Source: Candidatus Lustribacter sp.
GTDB lineage: Bacteria; Vulcanimicrobiota; Vulcanimicrobiia; Vulcanimicrobiales; Vulcanimicrobiaceae
Length of the DNA: 64,000 nucleotides
NCBI GenBank assembly: GCA_965277805.1
Contig: OZ255842.1
Coordinates: 3,104,001 to 3,168,000, forward strand
Direction: 5' to 3'
The translations under genes were made by a program, and so were the position numbers. Shown piece by piece: positions 44,502-54,303 of the stretch (the first letter of the stretch is position 1; every line of letters starts with the position of its first letter). A model generated the notes under the pieces. That model ran no database searches and was not told where the DNA came from. It saw only the letters and a list, made by a program, of their open reading frames with translations.

Positions 44502-45952
44502 TCACGCACCTCTGCGGTCATCGTGGTAATGTTTGATCCGGTTCGAAACGCAAACTTCCGGAACGCAACGTCGAAGCCGCGGCGGCCGCCCAGCGCCGCG
44601 AGCACGTTGCCGTTTACCCAGTTCACCACCGAGCCTTCGTACTTGCCCGGTCCGCGGAAGGCGTTCGCGTAGCCTTCGAGGTTGGTGACGAAGATATCGT
44701 GACACTCGAGGATCCCGTGCGGATGCAAGAGCGGCAGCGTGTCGACGAAGCTCGCCGCCGCGCCGTTGCTGACGTGCATGCGTACGTCGCCGTGCGCCTC
44801 CATCAACGGCCGCAAAACCTCGCCGTTGATCCCCGGCGCAAACTCGTACTCATCGAGCGGCGGCAACGCCACGTAGCGCTCCTCGAGGCCGATCGCTTCC
44901 CACACGGCGGCCCAAAACCGCACGGCCGCGTGCGCGTCGGCAAAGCGGCGAGGCTCCGTTTCCGCCAGTAGTTCGGGCCCCAGGCGCAGCAAGCGCGCGA
45001 TGAGATCGGGCAATTCGCCGGCGCTCGAGTTGATGCTCGCCGCGATCGCCGCTGCCGGCGCCGCGGCCAGATACGCGCGCGTCTCCACCTGAAAGAGATG
45101 TCCGTCGATGCGCGCGATCTCGTCGGTCGGCAGGTTGTCGTACACGTTGGAGATGTAGACGAAGAACGTCTTGTACTTGAGAAAACCCAGCGTGTTCGAC
45201 GGCTTGGTCGCATCCAGCACGATCGTGCTCGTGCGGTCCTCGTGGTGACGCACTTGCTCGCGCGCAACTTCGAGCAAATGCGGCGAGTAGTCGCCCATCA
45301 AGTAGTGCAGACGCCGGTAGTAATCGCGGCCGGCTTCGCGGTCGATCTCGAGGAACGTGTCGAGCCACACGCGCGCCTGACTGCCGTTACCGACGCCGAT
45401 CTCGAGCACGTGGAGCTGATCGGGCAGCGCGCGCCGTTCGGCGAGCCCATCCCAAATCGCGAACAGGCGCGTGATCGTATCGCGCGCGGCGGCTGAGTTG
45501 CGCGCGTCGCTCTCGCCGCCCGGCAACGCCTGTTCGTAGGGCCGGCCCGACACCGCTTCCCACAAACCGAGCGCCTTCCAGTAGAGCCCGTTGAAACTCC
45601 AGATCATGCTCGCCGTCGTGCGGCTCCAGGGTTCGAGATAGTGGCGGTCCGATTCAGACCGGCGCGCGAGCGCGCGCGTCATTTCGGCGTTCACGTCGTG
45701 CTGCGCGCCCGCCGTGCGCCGCAGGTCGACGCCGATTTCGAGCCGCTCGTGCGCGCTGCCGTTGAGAATCGGCCGAACTTCGACCGCTTCGCGGAAACTG
45801 TTCTTGTACTGCACCCAGTCGCACACAATGCGCAGGCGATCGAGGTCGAGCGATTCGTCACCGACCGCGTGCATGATCGAGCCGAGCACGCTCGCCACGG
45901 CAGCGCCGTTGTCTTTGCGCAAGCGCTCCGTGGGTCGCAGATCAACTAACAT
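44498..45952 (-). CDS. Uncharacterised class I SAM-methyltransferase-fold protein (MidA/NDUFAF7-like core) with an extra N-terminal region
   Basis: VLEIGVGNG motif I, acidic GDYS after beta2, SNVYDNLPTD; overlaps both metF and the core methionine synthase gene. Confidence 0.7.
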   Translation of the reverse strand: MLVDLRPTERLRKDNGAAVASVLGSIMHAVGDESLDLDRLRIVCDWVQYKNSFREAVEVRPILNGSAHERLEIGVDLRRTAGAQHDVNAEMTRALARRSESDRHYLEPWSRTTASMIWSFNGLYWKALGLWEAVSGRPYEQALPGGESDARNSAAARDTITRLFAIWDGLAERRALPDQLHVLEIGVGNGSQARVWLDTFLEIDREAGRDYYRRLHYLMGDYSPHLLEVAREQVRHHEDRTSTIVLDATKPSNTLGFLKYKTFFVYISNVYDNLPTDEIARIDGHLFQVETRAYLAAAPAAAIAASINSSAGELPDLIARLLRLGPELLAETEPRRFADAHAAVRFWAAVWEAIGLEERYVALPPLDEYEFAPGINGEVLRPLMEAHGDVRMHVSNGAAASFVDTLPLLHPHGILECHDIFVTNLEGYANAFRGPGKYEGSVVNWVNGNVLAALGGRRGFDVAFRKFAFRTGSNITTMTAEVRE

Positions 45953-46886
45953 GTTCGTTCACCCGCGCGTGCGCCCGCCGGCCGAGTCCCGCGCGTTCGA
46001 GAATTTCGGGAACCAAGTGCTCTGCGCCGAAGGCCATCACGTGGACGCCGGCGAGATCCGGAATCGCGCGCAGTTCGGTGATGATCTCGGCGCACATCGC
46101 AATGCTCTCGTCGTGCACGCGCTCCGGCGGCACGCCGCGCAACCGCGCTTCGACCGCTTTCGGAACGACGATCCCGGGAATCTGCTGCATGCGCTCGAGC
46201 GCGCGCAGCGAGCGAATCGGCCCGACGCCGGCGAGCACGCCGCAGCGCTGCGTGAGCCCGAGATCGCGTGACGCTTGCATCCACGCCGTAAAGTGCGCGA
46301 CGTCGAACACGTACTGCGTCTGCACGAACTCGGCGCCCGCGGCGATCTTCTTGCCGAGACGTTCGGCCCGAAACGCGAGCGGCGGCGCAAACGGGTTCTC
46401 GACGCCGCCGATCAGCCAGGCCGGCGCCGGCTTCAGCGTTTTTCCCGAGAGCAGCTTCCCCTGATCGCGCATCGTCCGCGCCGTCCACAATAATTGCACG
46501 GAGTCGAGGTCGAACACGCCGCGCGCTTCGGGGTGATCGCCGAACTTCTGATGATCGCCCGTCAAGAGCAACACGTTGGGGATGTTGAGCGCGGCCGCGC
46601 CGAGGAGATCGGATTGCAGCGCGAGCCGGTTGCGATCGCGGCACTGCAGTTGCATCACCGGCTCGACGTCTTCTTCGAGCGCGAGCACGCAGCCGGCCAA
46701 ACTGGAGAGCCGCACCATAGCGCCCTGATTGTCGGTGACGTTGGCAGCATCGACCCAGTCGTGCAGCACGCGCGCGCCCTTGCGGATCGCATCGGGATCG
46801 GCCCCGCGCGGCGGGCTGAGTTCCGCGGTCACGGCGAAACGGCGCTCGCGGATGGCGTCGCGCAGTCGATTGCCGGACGCGGTCAT
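45942..46886 (-). CDS. metF: Methylenetetrahydrofolate reductase, MetVF-type catalytic subunit
   Basis: TAELSPP, NVTDN, CRDRNRLALQSDLLGA, LTGD, FDLDSVQL, KKIAAGAEFVQTQ, GVHVM; start ATG 46886 (ATGA overlap). Confidence 0.93.
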   Translation of the reverse strand: MTASGNRLRDAIRERRFAVTAELSPPRGADPDAIRKGARVLHDWVDAANVTDNQGAMVRLSSLAGCVLALEEDVEPVMQLQCRDRNRLALQSDLLGAAALNIPNVLLLTGDHQKFGDHPEARGVFDLDSVQLLWTARTMRDQGKLLSGKTLKPAPAWLIGGVENPFAPPLAFRAERLGKKIAAGAEFVQTQYVFDVAHFTAWMQASRDLGLTQRCGVLAGVGPIRSLRALERMQQIPGIVVPKAVEARLRGVPPERVHDESIAMCAEIITELRAIPDLAGVHVMAFGAEHLVPEILERAGLGRRAHARVNEHVS

Positions 46887-47428
46887 CGCTGATCGATCGG
46901 CGGCGCGGGCGCGAACGACGTGTCGCTGCTCCACAGTCCGGCGTCACGGTTCTGCCAGTAATTCACCCACGAGCTCAGGCCCCATTGGCGCTGATCGATC
47001 GGCCGCTGCAGGCGGCGCAGATCGGACGTCCGGCCCGCCGACGCGGCGCGTTCGTATGCGACGAGCCACACACAGCGCAGACCGGGATAGACCTCGCAGT
47101 CGCCGTTCGCGCCGACTCCGCCGCAGGGGCCGTTCCGCAGCTCTTTCGGACAGCTCATCGGGCAAGCATAGGCGGTGCTGGGCAGCGCGCACTGCGCGCA
47201 CATCCGGCAGCCGAAGAGCTTGCCCTTGACCGCTTTTTCAACCGCCGTGAACGCACGGTAGGCCCAGGGCGTTGCCTCGAGCCACACGGCGAAGGCGTAA
47301 AACAGGCGTTGGGGCCGGAGCAGCCGGCCGAGCACCAGGGCCAGGGGCAACGAAATGCCCGGCGTCGTCGGCACCGGCCGGTTCGCGACGCGCCCACCCG
47401 CTGCTGAAGCGTGAACGGCATTTTCCAC
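46883..47428 (-). CDS. metV: MTHFR C-terminal domain / MetV-like Cys-rich subunit
   Basis: FGCRMCAQCAL...CPMSCPKELRNGPCGG...CEV....CVW; start uncertain (GTG 47428 or ATG 47452). Confidence 0.85.
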   Translation of the reverse strand: MENAVHASAAGGRVANRPVPTTPGISLPLALVLGRLLRPQRLFYAFAVWLEATPWAYRAFTAVEKAVKGKLFGCRMCAQCALPSTAYACPMSCPKELRNGPCGGVGANGDCEVYPGLRCVWLVAYERAASAGRTSDLRRLQRPIDQRQWGLSSWVNYWQNRDAGLWSSDTSFAPAPPIDQR

Positions 47429-47498
47429 GTGTGGCCCTCGAATTGAGCGCATTCAACGAACTCGGGCTCGTCCACTTCAGCCGCTACGAGGCGTGCGT

Positions 47499-47527
47499 TT
47501 GCACGGTTTGTCACGACATGCTATAAT
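47499..47527 (+). promoter_or_regulatory. Near-consensus sigma70 promoter
   Basis: TTGCAC-17 nt-TATAAT with an extended -10 TG, upstream of ORF 47560. Confidence 0.7.
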
Positions 47528-47559
47528 ACGGTCTTTCCTCTCGTTGACGTGGAGCGAAG

Positions 47560-47817
47560 ATGGAAACCTCGGATACCCAACGACGGCTCGATGCCGTGTT
47601 GCGTGCCGACGCCCAAGAGGTGGCGCGGCGTACGCTTCGCCATAAATTCGGTCGTTTGAGCAATCGGCGGATCCTTGCTACCCTCCGGGCAGCACTTCCC
47701 GCCGACTTGCAGACGGAACTCGCCGATGGCGAACTCCTCGACCGGTGGTTCGCCGAATACGCGACCGCCGTCGACCGTCTGCGCAGCGAAACGCGCTTTA
47801 CCTCACAAGCGTCCTAA
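47560..47817 (+). CDS. Small hypothetical protein
   Basis: 85 aa helical ORF with a GGAG RBS and a consensus promoter. Confidence 0.65.
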   Translation: METSDTQRRLDAVLRADAQEVARRTLRHKFGRLSNRRILATLRAALPADLQTELADGELLDRWFAEYATAVDRLRSETRFTSQAS

Positions 47818-47853
47818 CCCGCAACCTGCCTTAAAGCCAGCCGTAGCAGCGTC

Positions 47854-49041
<1,188 letters not shown>

Positions 49042-49068
49042 CAGCGCCAAGTTGGTCGAAGAGCCCGT

Positions 49069-49821
49069 ATGAACCTCGTAAAAGACGACGTAATTTTGCT
49101 CGCCGGCATCACCGGCCGCATCGGTTCGGCACCGCTGACGACGCTCGTGGCAGAAGGCGCTCGCGTGGTGGTGCTCTCGCGCGATCGCAAGCGAGCCGAG
49201 GCGGCCATTGCGACGGCGCTCGAACCGGGCGTGCGCGAGCGGGCAATGGCGCTCGCGGCCGACCTTTACGATCCGGTCTCCGCGTCGGCGGCGGTTACCG
49301 AATGCGTCAAGACGTTCGGGCGGCTCGATGCCGTGATCAATCTAGCCGGCAGCGGCTGGCGGCGCAAGAAAATAACCGACGCGTCGCTCGGCGATCTGCG
49401 CGAGACGCTGGCCGAAGTCATCGAGACGGCGTCCAACCTCGCACAAGCCGCGCTGCGCGCGATGCTGGCGCAACCGTATCGCGACGGCGCGCGTTCGCGC
49501 GGCCGCATCGTGACCACGACCGCCACGACGGCCAAAGCGCCGAATCCCGGCATGTCGGCTTTCGCGACGGCGAAAGCCGGCGTCAACGCGCTGATGCTCT
49601 CGATCGCGCGCGAACACAAAGCCGACGGCATCGTCGCGAACGCGCTGCTGGTCGGCGGCGTCGCGTTTCCGGGCGCCGATCATTTCCGCTCCGATGAAGC
49701 GCGCAAAACTGCGGTATCGGTGCAAGAGCTCGCAAACACGCTGACGTTTCTCGCCAGCGATCGTTCGAGCGGCATCAACGGCGCATTGCTCGATCTCACC
49801 GCGCGGTTAACCGACCGGTGA
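49069..49821 (+). CDS. SDR family protein, copy 1 (FxxxK instead of YxxxK)
   Basis: [28 protein letters not shown]. Confidence 0.85.
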   Translation: MNLVKDDVILLAGITGRIGSAPLTTLVAEGARVVVLSRDRKRAEAAIATALEPGVRERAMALAADLYDPVSASAAVTECVKTFGRLDAVINLAGSGWRRKKITDASLGDLRETLAEVIETASNLAQAALRAMLAQPYRDGARSRGRIVTTTATTAKAPNPGMSAFATAKAGVNALMLSIAREHKADGIVANALLVGGVAFPGADHFRSDEARKTAVSVQELANTLTFLASDRSSGINGALLDLTARLTDR

Positions 49822-50561
49822 ACCTCGTCGACGGAGACGTCGTGCTCTTGGCCGGTGCGACTGGACGCGTCGGCGGTGCGACGCTCGCTACGCTCGTACG
49901 CGAAGGCGCGCGCGTGGCGGTGCTTTCGCGCGACCGCGCTCGCGCCGCGGCAACGATCGCATCCGTGCTGGAACCGGGCGAGGTCGCAAACGCACTGCCG
50001 CTCGAGGCCGACTTGAACGACGCCGGGTCGGCGGCCGCAGCCGTTACCGCGAGCGTCGCAGCGTTTGGACGCATCGATGCGCTGATCAACTTGGCCGGCA
50101 GCGGCCCGCAACGCGTTCCGCTCGTGCAATCGAAACTCGAAGACTTGCAGCAATCGCTGGCCGGCTACACCGAGACCGCGTACAACCTCGCAATGCCGGC
50201 GCTGCGCGCAATGCTGGCCCAACCGTTTCGCGAGGGAACGCTCTCGCGCGGACGCATCGTCACCGTGACGGCCGGCTCGTCGAAGTCGCCGGCGCCGGGG
50301 CGTGGCGCGTTCGCGGTTGCCAAAGCCGGCGTCAACGCGTTGATGCTCGCGATCGCGCGCGAACACAAAGCCGACGGCATCGTCGCAAACGCGCTGGTCC
50401 TCGGCGGCGTCGCCTTCCCCGGCCGCGAGGGAAAACCCGAAGACATCGAAGCCGCCGCCACTCCGCAAGAAGTCGCCGACGTCCTCACCTTCCTCGCCAG
50501 CGACCGCTCCAGCGGCATCAACGGCGAGCTCGTCGACCTAAACGCAAGAGAAATCGACTAA
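49818..50561 (+). CDS. SDR family protein, copy 2 (FxxxK instead of YxxxK)
   Basis: AGATGRVG, FGRIDALINLAG, AFAVAKAG; tandem paralog with a GTGA overlap. Confidence 0.85.
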   Translation: MNLVDGDVVLLAGATGRVGGATLATLVREGARVAVLSRDRARAAATIASVLEPGEVANALPLEADLNDAGSAAAAVTASVAAFGRIDALINLAGSGPQRVPLVQSKLEDLQQSLAGYTETAYNLAMPALRAMLAQPFREGTLSRGRIVTVTAGSSKSPAPGRGAFAVAKAGVNALMLAIAREHKADGIVANALVLGGVAFPGREGKPEDIEAAATPQEVADVLTFLASDRSSGINGELVDLNAREID

Positions 50562-50575
50562 CCCCCAGCTATCAT

Positions 50576-50615
50576 TGTCATTCCGAGCGAAGCGCGCAGC
50601 GCGTAGACAAGGAAT
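50576..50615 (+). repeat. REP-like palindromic intergenic element
   Basis: TGTCATTCCGAGCGAAGCGCGCAGCGCGTAGACAAGGAAT: ATTCC/GGAAT arms with an inner GCGC-rich hairpin; partial second copy at 43445. Confidence 0.55.
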
Positions 50616-50670
50616 GCGAGAGCATCGTTCGACTTGGAGTGCGACCGCGAAGGCGGGAGCAGTGGATTAT

Positions 50671-51639
50671 TTAATTATTAAGGGCGGCGTTTTCTATTTC
50701 GGGTGGTAGCGTGATGCGGCGTGGGTGGTTGGTGTTTTTTAGCCAGGCGTAGGTGTCGCGGACGGTTTCGGTGAGGGGGCGGAACGTTAGTCCGGCGTTG
50801 AGGGCGCGGTCGATGTTGACTTCCATCAGGCCGTAGTCTTCGGGGTCGAGCCAGAATGGGATGTGGTCCCAGGGGATGACGCCGGCGGATTTCAAGTCGT
50901 CGCTCGGGATGACGAGCGGCGTCGCGCTGCTGCCGGTCGCATCGATGCATGTTTGCGCGACGTCGATCAGGCGGAGCGGACGTTCGGGGCCGGTGGCGTT
51001 GAAGACGCCGGCTGCGCGGCGTTCAGCCATCGCGATCATCCACTGTGCGAGGTCGCGTACGTCGATCATCTGTACGGGCTGCTGCGGATCGCCGGGAACG
51101 ATGAACGGCTGCGGCCGCGCGGCGCGCTCGATCCACTCGTTGAAGCGGTCGCTATAATCGCATGGGCCGACGATGAAGCCCGGCCGCACGATCAAGATGC
51201 TGCTCGCCGGCAAGACTGCTGCCAGTGCAGCCTCACACGCGGCCTTGCGCGCGCCGTAGTTCGCGGTGTCGCGCGCGTCTTCGCGATTGGCATCGGGCGG
51301 AAATTGCGCGACCGGCGCCGACTCGTTGACGCCCGCAGGCATCGGATCCGGATAGACGCTGACCGATGAGGTGTAGATGTAGTGGCCGATGCGGCCCTGC
51401 AACGCTTCGGCGGCGCCGCGCGTGTGGCGCGGCGCCTGGCCGCTCGTGTCGATGGCGACGTCCCAGCTGCGGCGATCCGGCAGCACGAGCGCGTTGCGAT
51501 CGCCGGTGATCTGCTCGACGCCCGCCATCGTGGGGTGGTTGCCGCGATTGAACGCCGACACGGTGTGTCCGCGTGCTTGCGCCGCGTCGACGATCGCGCG
51601 GCCGAGGAACGCGTAACCACCGAGTAAGAGAATGTTCAA
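50671..51639 (-). CDS. NAD-dependent epimerase/dehydratase (isoflavone reductase-like atypical SDR)
   Basis: TTG start overlapping the fdhD stop; LLLGGYAFLG, FNRG, YTSSVSVY, YGARK, RPGFIVGP, IDVRDLA. Confidence 0.88.
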   Translation of the reverse strand: MNILLLGGYAFLGRAIVDAAQARGHTVSAFNRGNHPTMAGVEQITGDRNALVLPDRRSWDVAIDTSGQAPRHTRGAAEALQGRIGHYIYTSSVSVYPDPMPAGVNESAPVAQFPPDANREDARDTANYGARKAACEAALAAVLPASSILIVRPGFIVGPCDYSDRFNEWIERAARPQPFIVPGDPQQPVQMIDVRDLAQWMIAMAERRAAGVFNATGPERPLRLIDVAQTCIDATGSSATPLVIPSDDLKSAGVIPWDHIPFWLDPEDYGLMEVNIDRALNAGLTFRPLTETVRDTYAWLKNTNHPRRITLPPEIENAALNN

Positions 51640-52484
51640 ACGATGCGCCCCGCGCCGGCATACACGTTGAAGCGCGGGCCGCGCACGAAGCCGGCCAGCG
51701 TAACGCCGAACTCGCGCGCCAGATCGACGGCCAGGCTGCTGGGCGCCGAGACCGCGCACACGACGGCAATGCCGGCTGAGATCGCCTTCTGCACGAGTTC
51801 GTAGCTCGCGCGGCCGCTGAGTAGCACCACGTGCGCGCCGAGCGGAAGCCTGCCGTTCATGAGGGCCCAGCCCACGATCTTGTCGAGCGCGTTGTGCCGG
51901 CCGACGTCCTCGCGCACGGCGATCACGTTGCCGCCCGCATCGAACAGCGCCGCGGCATGCAGTCCGCCCGTCGTCGCGAACACGCGCTGCGCTGCCGCGA
52001 GACGTTCGGGCAATGCGGCGATCAATTGCCGTTCGACCCGCAGTTCCGAGCGCACGGGCGCTAAGCCGCGATCGCGCAACGCGTCGATGTTGGCTTTACC
52101 GCAAACCCCGCACGCGCTCGTCATCGTGAAGTGGCGCTCGAGCGCGTCGAGCGGCGGCAGTTCGCTGCCGTGCAGGTCGACGTTGACGATGTTGTAGCGC
52201 TGTTCTTCAGCGACGTCGCGATCGACGCAATAGGTGATCCCACTCAACCGGTCGAGCGATGGCAGCACGCCCTCGTTGAACAGAAAGCCGGCGGCGAGTT
52301 CGAAGTCGGCGCCCGGCGTGCGCATCGTTATCGCGACGGTGCGGGTTTGGCCGCCGGCGCGCATCCGGATCTCGAGCGGTTCTTCCGTTGCGAGCCGATC
52401 GTAGCGCCGCGCGACGGCGTCGCCGTCGTAGCTGATGATCTCCGCCTCGACGGTGGTCCCCGGCCGGTTTTCGCCCGAAATCAT
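51636..52484 (-). CDS. fdhD: Formate dehydrogenase accessory sulfurtransferase
   Basis: EEPLEI, TMRTPG.DFELAAGFL, SACGVCG, TGGLHAA, EDVGRHNALDK, SAPSSLAV. Confidence 0.95.
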   Translation of the reverse strand: MISGENRPGTTVEAEIISYDGDAVARRYDRLATEEPLEIRMRAGGQTRTVAITMRTPGADFELAAGFLFNEGVLPSLDRLSGITYCVDRDVAEEQRYNIVNVDLHGSELPPLDALERHFTMTSACGVCGKANIDALRDRGLAPVRSELRVERQLIAALPERLAAAQRVFATTGGLHAAALFDAGGNVIAVREDVGRHNALDKIVGWALMNGRLPLGAHVVLLSGRASYELVQKAISAGIAVVCAVSAPSSLAVDLAREFGVTLAGFVRGPRFNVYAGAGRIV

Positions 52485-53461
52485 TCCGGCTGACGCGACG
52501 CCGCGCGCGGGTCGTCGGCCGAATTTTTGCCGCCTTCGATGAGCGTTTCGCGCAAGATGTAGCCGCCCGCGAGCGTGAGCGCGCTCGCCAACAACGCCTT
52601 CGTGCGGCCGCCGAACGGCAAGCGGCCGAGCAGCGCCGGCACGATGATGCCGCCGATCTCCGTGAAAGTACGCAGCTTGCGCCCGCGCTCGCCGCCGTAC
52701 ATCGGCGCGCCGGCCTCGCCGGCATGGCGGCGGAACGCTTCGAGCAAGATGAACTCCGCGGTCGATGCGATCAGCTCGAGCCGTTCGAGCTTGCGCCGCG
52801 TGCGCTCGCTACCGATCAGCGCGATGATCGCAGCGTTGAGGGCGCACGCGCCTGCAAAACCCGAGCACACGGAGAACGCGGGAATGAAGATCTTGCCTTT
52901 GCCCCACAGCGGAATCGCGGTAGCGCTGAGGAGCACACCCGTGTAACCGGTCATGAACGCGCCGATGATGCCTTGCAGCACTTTCATCACCGGGCGCGGC
53001 TCCAACGCATCGATCCATTTCGGCAAAATGCCGTCCTGCGAGAGCTGTGCCGCCGCCGCCAGCGTCGCGGGACCGCTGTAGGCGATCAGGCCCCAGACGC
53101 CCATCGACATCACCGACTTGAACTTCACGATGCGCAGCATGTGCAAGAAGCGTTCGGGACGTCCTAAGTGGCTGATCAGCACGAGCGGGCACGCCGCGGC
53201 GAGCGCAAAGGAAACGTAGCGGGCGCTGCGGGCCAGGTCGGCTTCGCGTTCGGGTCGCTCGTCCGCGATCATCACGAGGACGCCCGAGCCGCCCATGATG
53301 CCGCCGAGGAAAAGGTAGGTGATGACCGACCATTCCCAGTGCGGCTTTTTGAGCAGCGGCTGTTCGTAATAGGTCGGCGAAGCGTGCGCCGGCATTCCGT
53401 CGCCGCGCGAGGCGCCGCGATCCGAATCGTTCGGCTGCGGCGGAAGCTGCGCCGTGCTCAA
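52481..53461 (-). CDS. NrfD/PsrC family membrane anchor subunit
   Basis: YLFLGG, LISHLGRPERFLHML, SVMSMGVW, YTGVLLSATAIPLW. Confidence 0.9.
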   Translation of the reverse strand: MSTAQLPPQPNDSDRGASRGDGMPAHASPTYYEQPLLKKPHWEWSVITYLFLGGIMGGSGVLVMIADERPEREADLARSARYVSFALAAACPLVLISHLGRPERFLHMLRIVKFKSVMSMGVWGLIAYSGPATLAAAAQLSQDGILPKWIDALEPRPVMKVLQGIIGAFMTGYTGVLLSATAIPLWGKGKIFIPAFSVCSGFAGACALNAAIIALIGSERTRRKLERLELIASTAEFILLEAFRRHAGEAGAPMYGGERGRKLRTFTEIGGIIVPALLGRLPFGGRTKALLASALTLAGGYILRETLIEGGKNSADDPRAASRQPE

Positions 53462-54303
53462 TCGCCGCTCCGCAAAACGGCCCAGCCGGCGAACGCGAGC
53501 AGGGCTGCGGTTACCGCAGCGGCCGTATAACCCGCACGCTGACGCGTCGACGGCAACACCGGCCGTTCCGGCAAGTTATACGCCTCCGGCGCGTCGGTAA
53601 GCAAGAAGAACGCGTTGAGGTCGCCCACGGTGTTGTTGTCGTCAACGCCGTAGAGATAGGCCTGCACGCCGCGCGCTTGCAGCGTTTCGACGCGCTGTTT
53701 CGCCCGCGCGTGCAATTCCTCGACGTTGCCGAACTGGATCGATTCCGTCGGACAAGCCTTCGCGCACGCCGGGGTGAGGCCGATCTTCTGGCGATCGTAG
53801 CACAGCGTGCACTTACCGGCGATGCCGCCGTGGTGCTGCGTCGCGTCGTCGTGCGTGCGGCCGTCCGAGACGAAGCCGCGGTGCGCATCGTAATCGGCGT
53901 GCGCGATCAGGTCGACGACGCCGAACGGACATGACGGCACGCAGTATCCGCAGCCGTTGCAGACATCGGGCTGAATAAAGACGTCCTCGAACTCGTTGCG
54001 GATGATCGCGCCGGTCGGGCACGCTTCGAGACAGCCGGCGTTCGTGCAGTGCTTGCACACGTCGCTCATCATCAGCCACTTCGTGTCGGCCGCGGGCGCG
54101 TCGGGTGGTGCGGCTTGCTCAACGAATGCGACGTGACGCCAGGTCGTGCCGCCGAGTTCGCGCGTGTTGTCGTACGAGGTTCCCGAGAACTCGTAGCCGT
54201 CGGCCGGCAACTGGTTCCACTGCTTGCACGCAACCTCGCAGGCTTTACAGCCGATGCAGAGCGTCGTGTCGGTAAAGAAGCCGCTAGCCACGGTCACCGC
54301 CAT
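53458..54303 (-). CDS. Formate dehydrogenase iron-sulfur (beta) subunit
   Basis: CIGCKACEVAC, CKHC..AGCLEACP, CNGCGYCVPSCP, KCTLC..R...PACAKACP; C-terminal hydrophobic helix. Confidence 0.93.
   Translation of the reverse strand: MAVTVASGFFTDTTLCIGCKACEVACKQWNQLPADGYEFSGTSYDNTRELGGTTWRHVAFVEQAAPPDAPAADTKWLMMSDVCKHCTNAGCLEACPTGAIIRNEFEDVFIQPDVCNGCGYCVPSCPFGVVDLIAHADYDAHRGFVSDGRTHDDATQHHGGIAGKCTLCYDRQKIGLTPACAKACPTESIQFGNVEELHARAKQRVETLQARGVQAYLYGVDDNNTVGDLNAFFLLTDAPEAYNLPERPVLPSTRQRAGYTAAAVTAALLAFAGWAVLRSGD

Noticed and set aside
47429-47520. SAM, SAH or cobalamin riboswitch upstream of the met operon
   Set aside because: The leader is short and I could not match conserved riboswitch cores by eye. 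An Rfam scan would settle it.
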